DNA from: an uncultured virus (IMG/VR IMGVR_UViG_3300042447_001246)
Lineage: Duplodnaviria > Heunggongvirae > Uroviricota > Caudoviricetes
DNA: 64,000 bases
IMG/VR virus record: IMGVR_UViG_3300042447_001246
Direction: 5' to 3' (one strand)
Positions 62,594 to 64,000 of the stretch are shown piece by piece. Under the pieces are notes generated by a model that was not told the DNA's origin, did no database searches, and was given only the letters and a program-made list of their open reading frames with translations. The position numbers and the translations under genes are program-made. The first letter of the stretch is position 1. Every line of letters begins with the position of its first letter.

Positions 62594-64000
62594 ATGGCAA
62601 CTTTTCAATACGTAAGTCCAGACATTGGTGCGTATTCAGGGAATCTACCAAATACTGCTGGAAAGATTTCAATTGGCTCACTATCCGATGGCGTGATGAC
62701 CAACATAGACCACTCCATCATTTCGGTAAGCGTTGATTACTCCATGAATGAGGCATCCCAGCTGAGCTTCGATGTGATTGAAACAATGAATACTGATTTT
62801 TCACAGATTGCAGAAGCTGAGAGAACATATCCAAGAGTTCTTGAATTTGCACAAAATAATTATTTTCAAATCGGCAGAGATGTAATATATGAAACAAATA
62901 CCCTGAATGAGATAAGCAATACAAACAACTCTGGAACAAATTTAATAAAACAAAAACAACTTTTTGAGATTGCAAGCGTAACATTTACCCAGGGTCCTGG
63001 CGGAAGTCCAGTATGGCAGGTTAAGTGTTTTACAAAAGCAATACAACAGATGAAGAGAGACAGAAAACCAGGCACGGTAAAAGGAACTGGAAGTACATTT
63101 GTAAAAAATGCAGCAAGAAAATACGGGCTTAAGTACTTTGGTGAAGAAACATCAAAAAAACAGACCGTAACAAAAGCATCTGGAGATAAACAAGCCGACT
63201 CGCTATGGGACGTTCTAACCAGACTTGCGCAAGATGCAAAATTTGTTATTTATGAAGTCGATGGATTCTTGGTGTTCGCTTCAGAAAAATTCCTTATGCA
63301 TAAATGGGGTATTGACAGTGGTGACACTGTTCGAGTTTGGAGTAAAAAAGAAAAAAAGTTTAAAACAAAAAGCACAAAATACATACCGCTTCAATACCCT
63401 GCTGTCGGCAAAGGGACTCCTGGTTATTTTTTTGCTATGTCCTACCCGACTATAAATGTGTCAACAAATGACCCCAGGTACGGAGATGGCTCGATAGTTG
63501 TTGATAGACAAAACGGAACTCAGATAAGACCAGGAATGACAGCGTATGTTGGTGATGTTCCAAGTCTGAACGGATACTACCTAATTGACTCGGTGGGCTT
63601 CACAGACAGAACACCAGACCCGGTGACTGTTAATTTCAGAAAACCAACACTTGAGAAAAAAGAAGAAAAAGAACTACCAGTAGGAGTTAGGTTTCTTCAA
63701 ACAAATGCTGAAAGACCAATACCTACAAGGGTTGCAGCAGCCGCCGTACCATATCCACCAAACGGCGCATACTTTCCGCTTCCGACAGAATTCACTGAAT
63801 ATGATTTTCCATCTGTCTACCCTCGCATGAAAAGCGGTTTGGTGTCTATCGGCAACATCCCTCTTTACTCGCGTCCAATACTGACGGTAAATGGTGAACC
63901 CAAAACTACATTTTCAATCACGATATTCCAAAAACCAGATTTAACAATTAATCCAAATGGATGGAAACCAGGGAATACTGCGGTTCTAATAACACCAATA
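62594..64000 (+). CDS. baseplate hub-like protein (3' truncated)
   Basis: ATG immediately after the upstream TAG; reads MATFQYVSP...SVDYSMNEASQLSFDV...DSLWDVLTRLAQDAKFVIYEVDGFLVF; appears to run off the window. Confidence 0.6.
   Translation, partial: MATFQYVSPDIGAYSGNLPNTAGKISIGSLSDGVMTNIDHSIISVSVDYSMNEASQLSFDVIETMNTDFSQIAEAERTYPRVLEFAQNNYFQIGRDVIYETNTLNEISNTNNSGTNLIKQKQLFEIASVTFTQGPGGSPVWQVKCFTKAIQQMKRDRKPGTVKGTGSTFVKNAARKYGLKYFGEETSKKQTVTKASGDKQADSLWDVLTRLAQDAKFVIYEVDGFLVFASEKFLMHKWGIDSGDTVRVWSKKEKKFKTKSTKYIPLQYPAVGKGTPGYFFAMSYPTINVSTNDPRYGDGSIVVDRQNGTQIRPGMTAYVGDVPSLNGYYLIDSVGFTDRTPDPVTVNFRKPTLEKKEEKELPVGVRFLQTNAERPIPTRVAAAAVPYPPNGAYFPLPTEFTEYDFPSVYPRMKSGLVSIGNIPLYSRPILTVNGEPKTTFSITIFQKPDLTINPNGWKPGNTAVLITPI

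Overview
This window is a 64 kb segment of a large tailed dsDNA phage with a contractile tail, not a bacterial chromosome. The host is most likely actinobacterial, judging by WhiB, an actinobacterial-type SSB and ferredoxin, and many leaderless TAnnnT promoters. From left to right it contains four blocks. (1) Replication and nucleotide genes: SSB, primase-helicase, WhiB, class II ribonucleotide reductase, two HNH endonucleases and a tRNA cluster (Arg, Asn, Ser, Thr plus one non-canonical tRNA-like element), followed by accessory enzymes (two Fe/2OG oxygenases, ATP-grasp, ferredoxin, thermonuclease). (2) An unusually expanded minus-strand head module of about 28 kb: portal, 3239-aa prohead-protease-headed protein, acidic scaffold-like protein, ~2630-aa multidomain protein, several unknowns, and the HK97-fold major capsid protein. 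(3) A divergent plus-strand arm: terminase, Rad52-like and RecB/Cas4-like recombination genes, RuvC, and a ParB/PAPS-reductase-like/ParB trio. (4) Neck and tail genes: connector, sheath, tube, frameshifted chaperone, tape measure and hub. The most striking signal is in the 3239-aa protease fusion, whose cargo region is punctuated by 15 exact [L/F/M]-S-S-G motifs plus 2 variants. These are encoded by varied codons and cleanly bracket recognisable modules (ArdC anti-restriction, WYL-like, HTH). The same motif recurs 4 times in the neighbouring giant protein and twice in the tape measure protein. This suggests a virion-packaged, proteolytically processed polyprotein cargo system, which is an inference. 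There are also two candidate structured ncRNAs at 47.6-47.9 kb and a shared promoter motif upstream of five structural genes. The ORF track lists 11144..11443 on the wrong strand; it is on +. All family assignments come from motif recognition by eye; no database searches were run.
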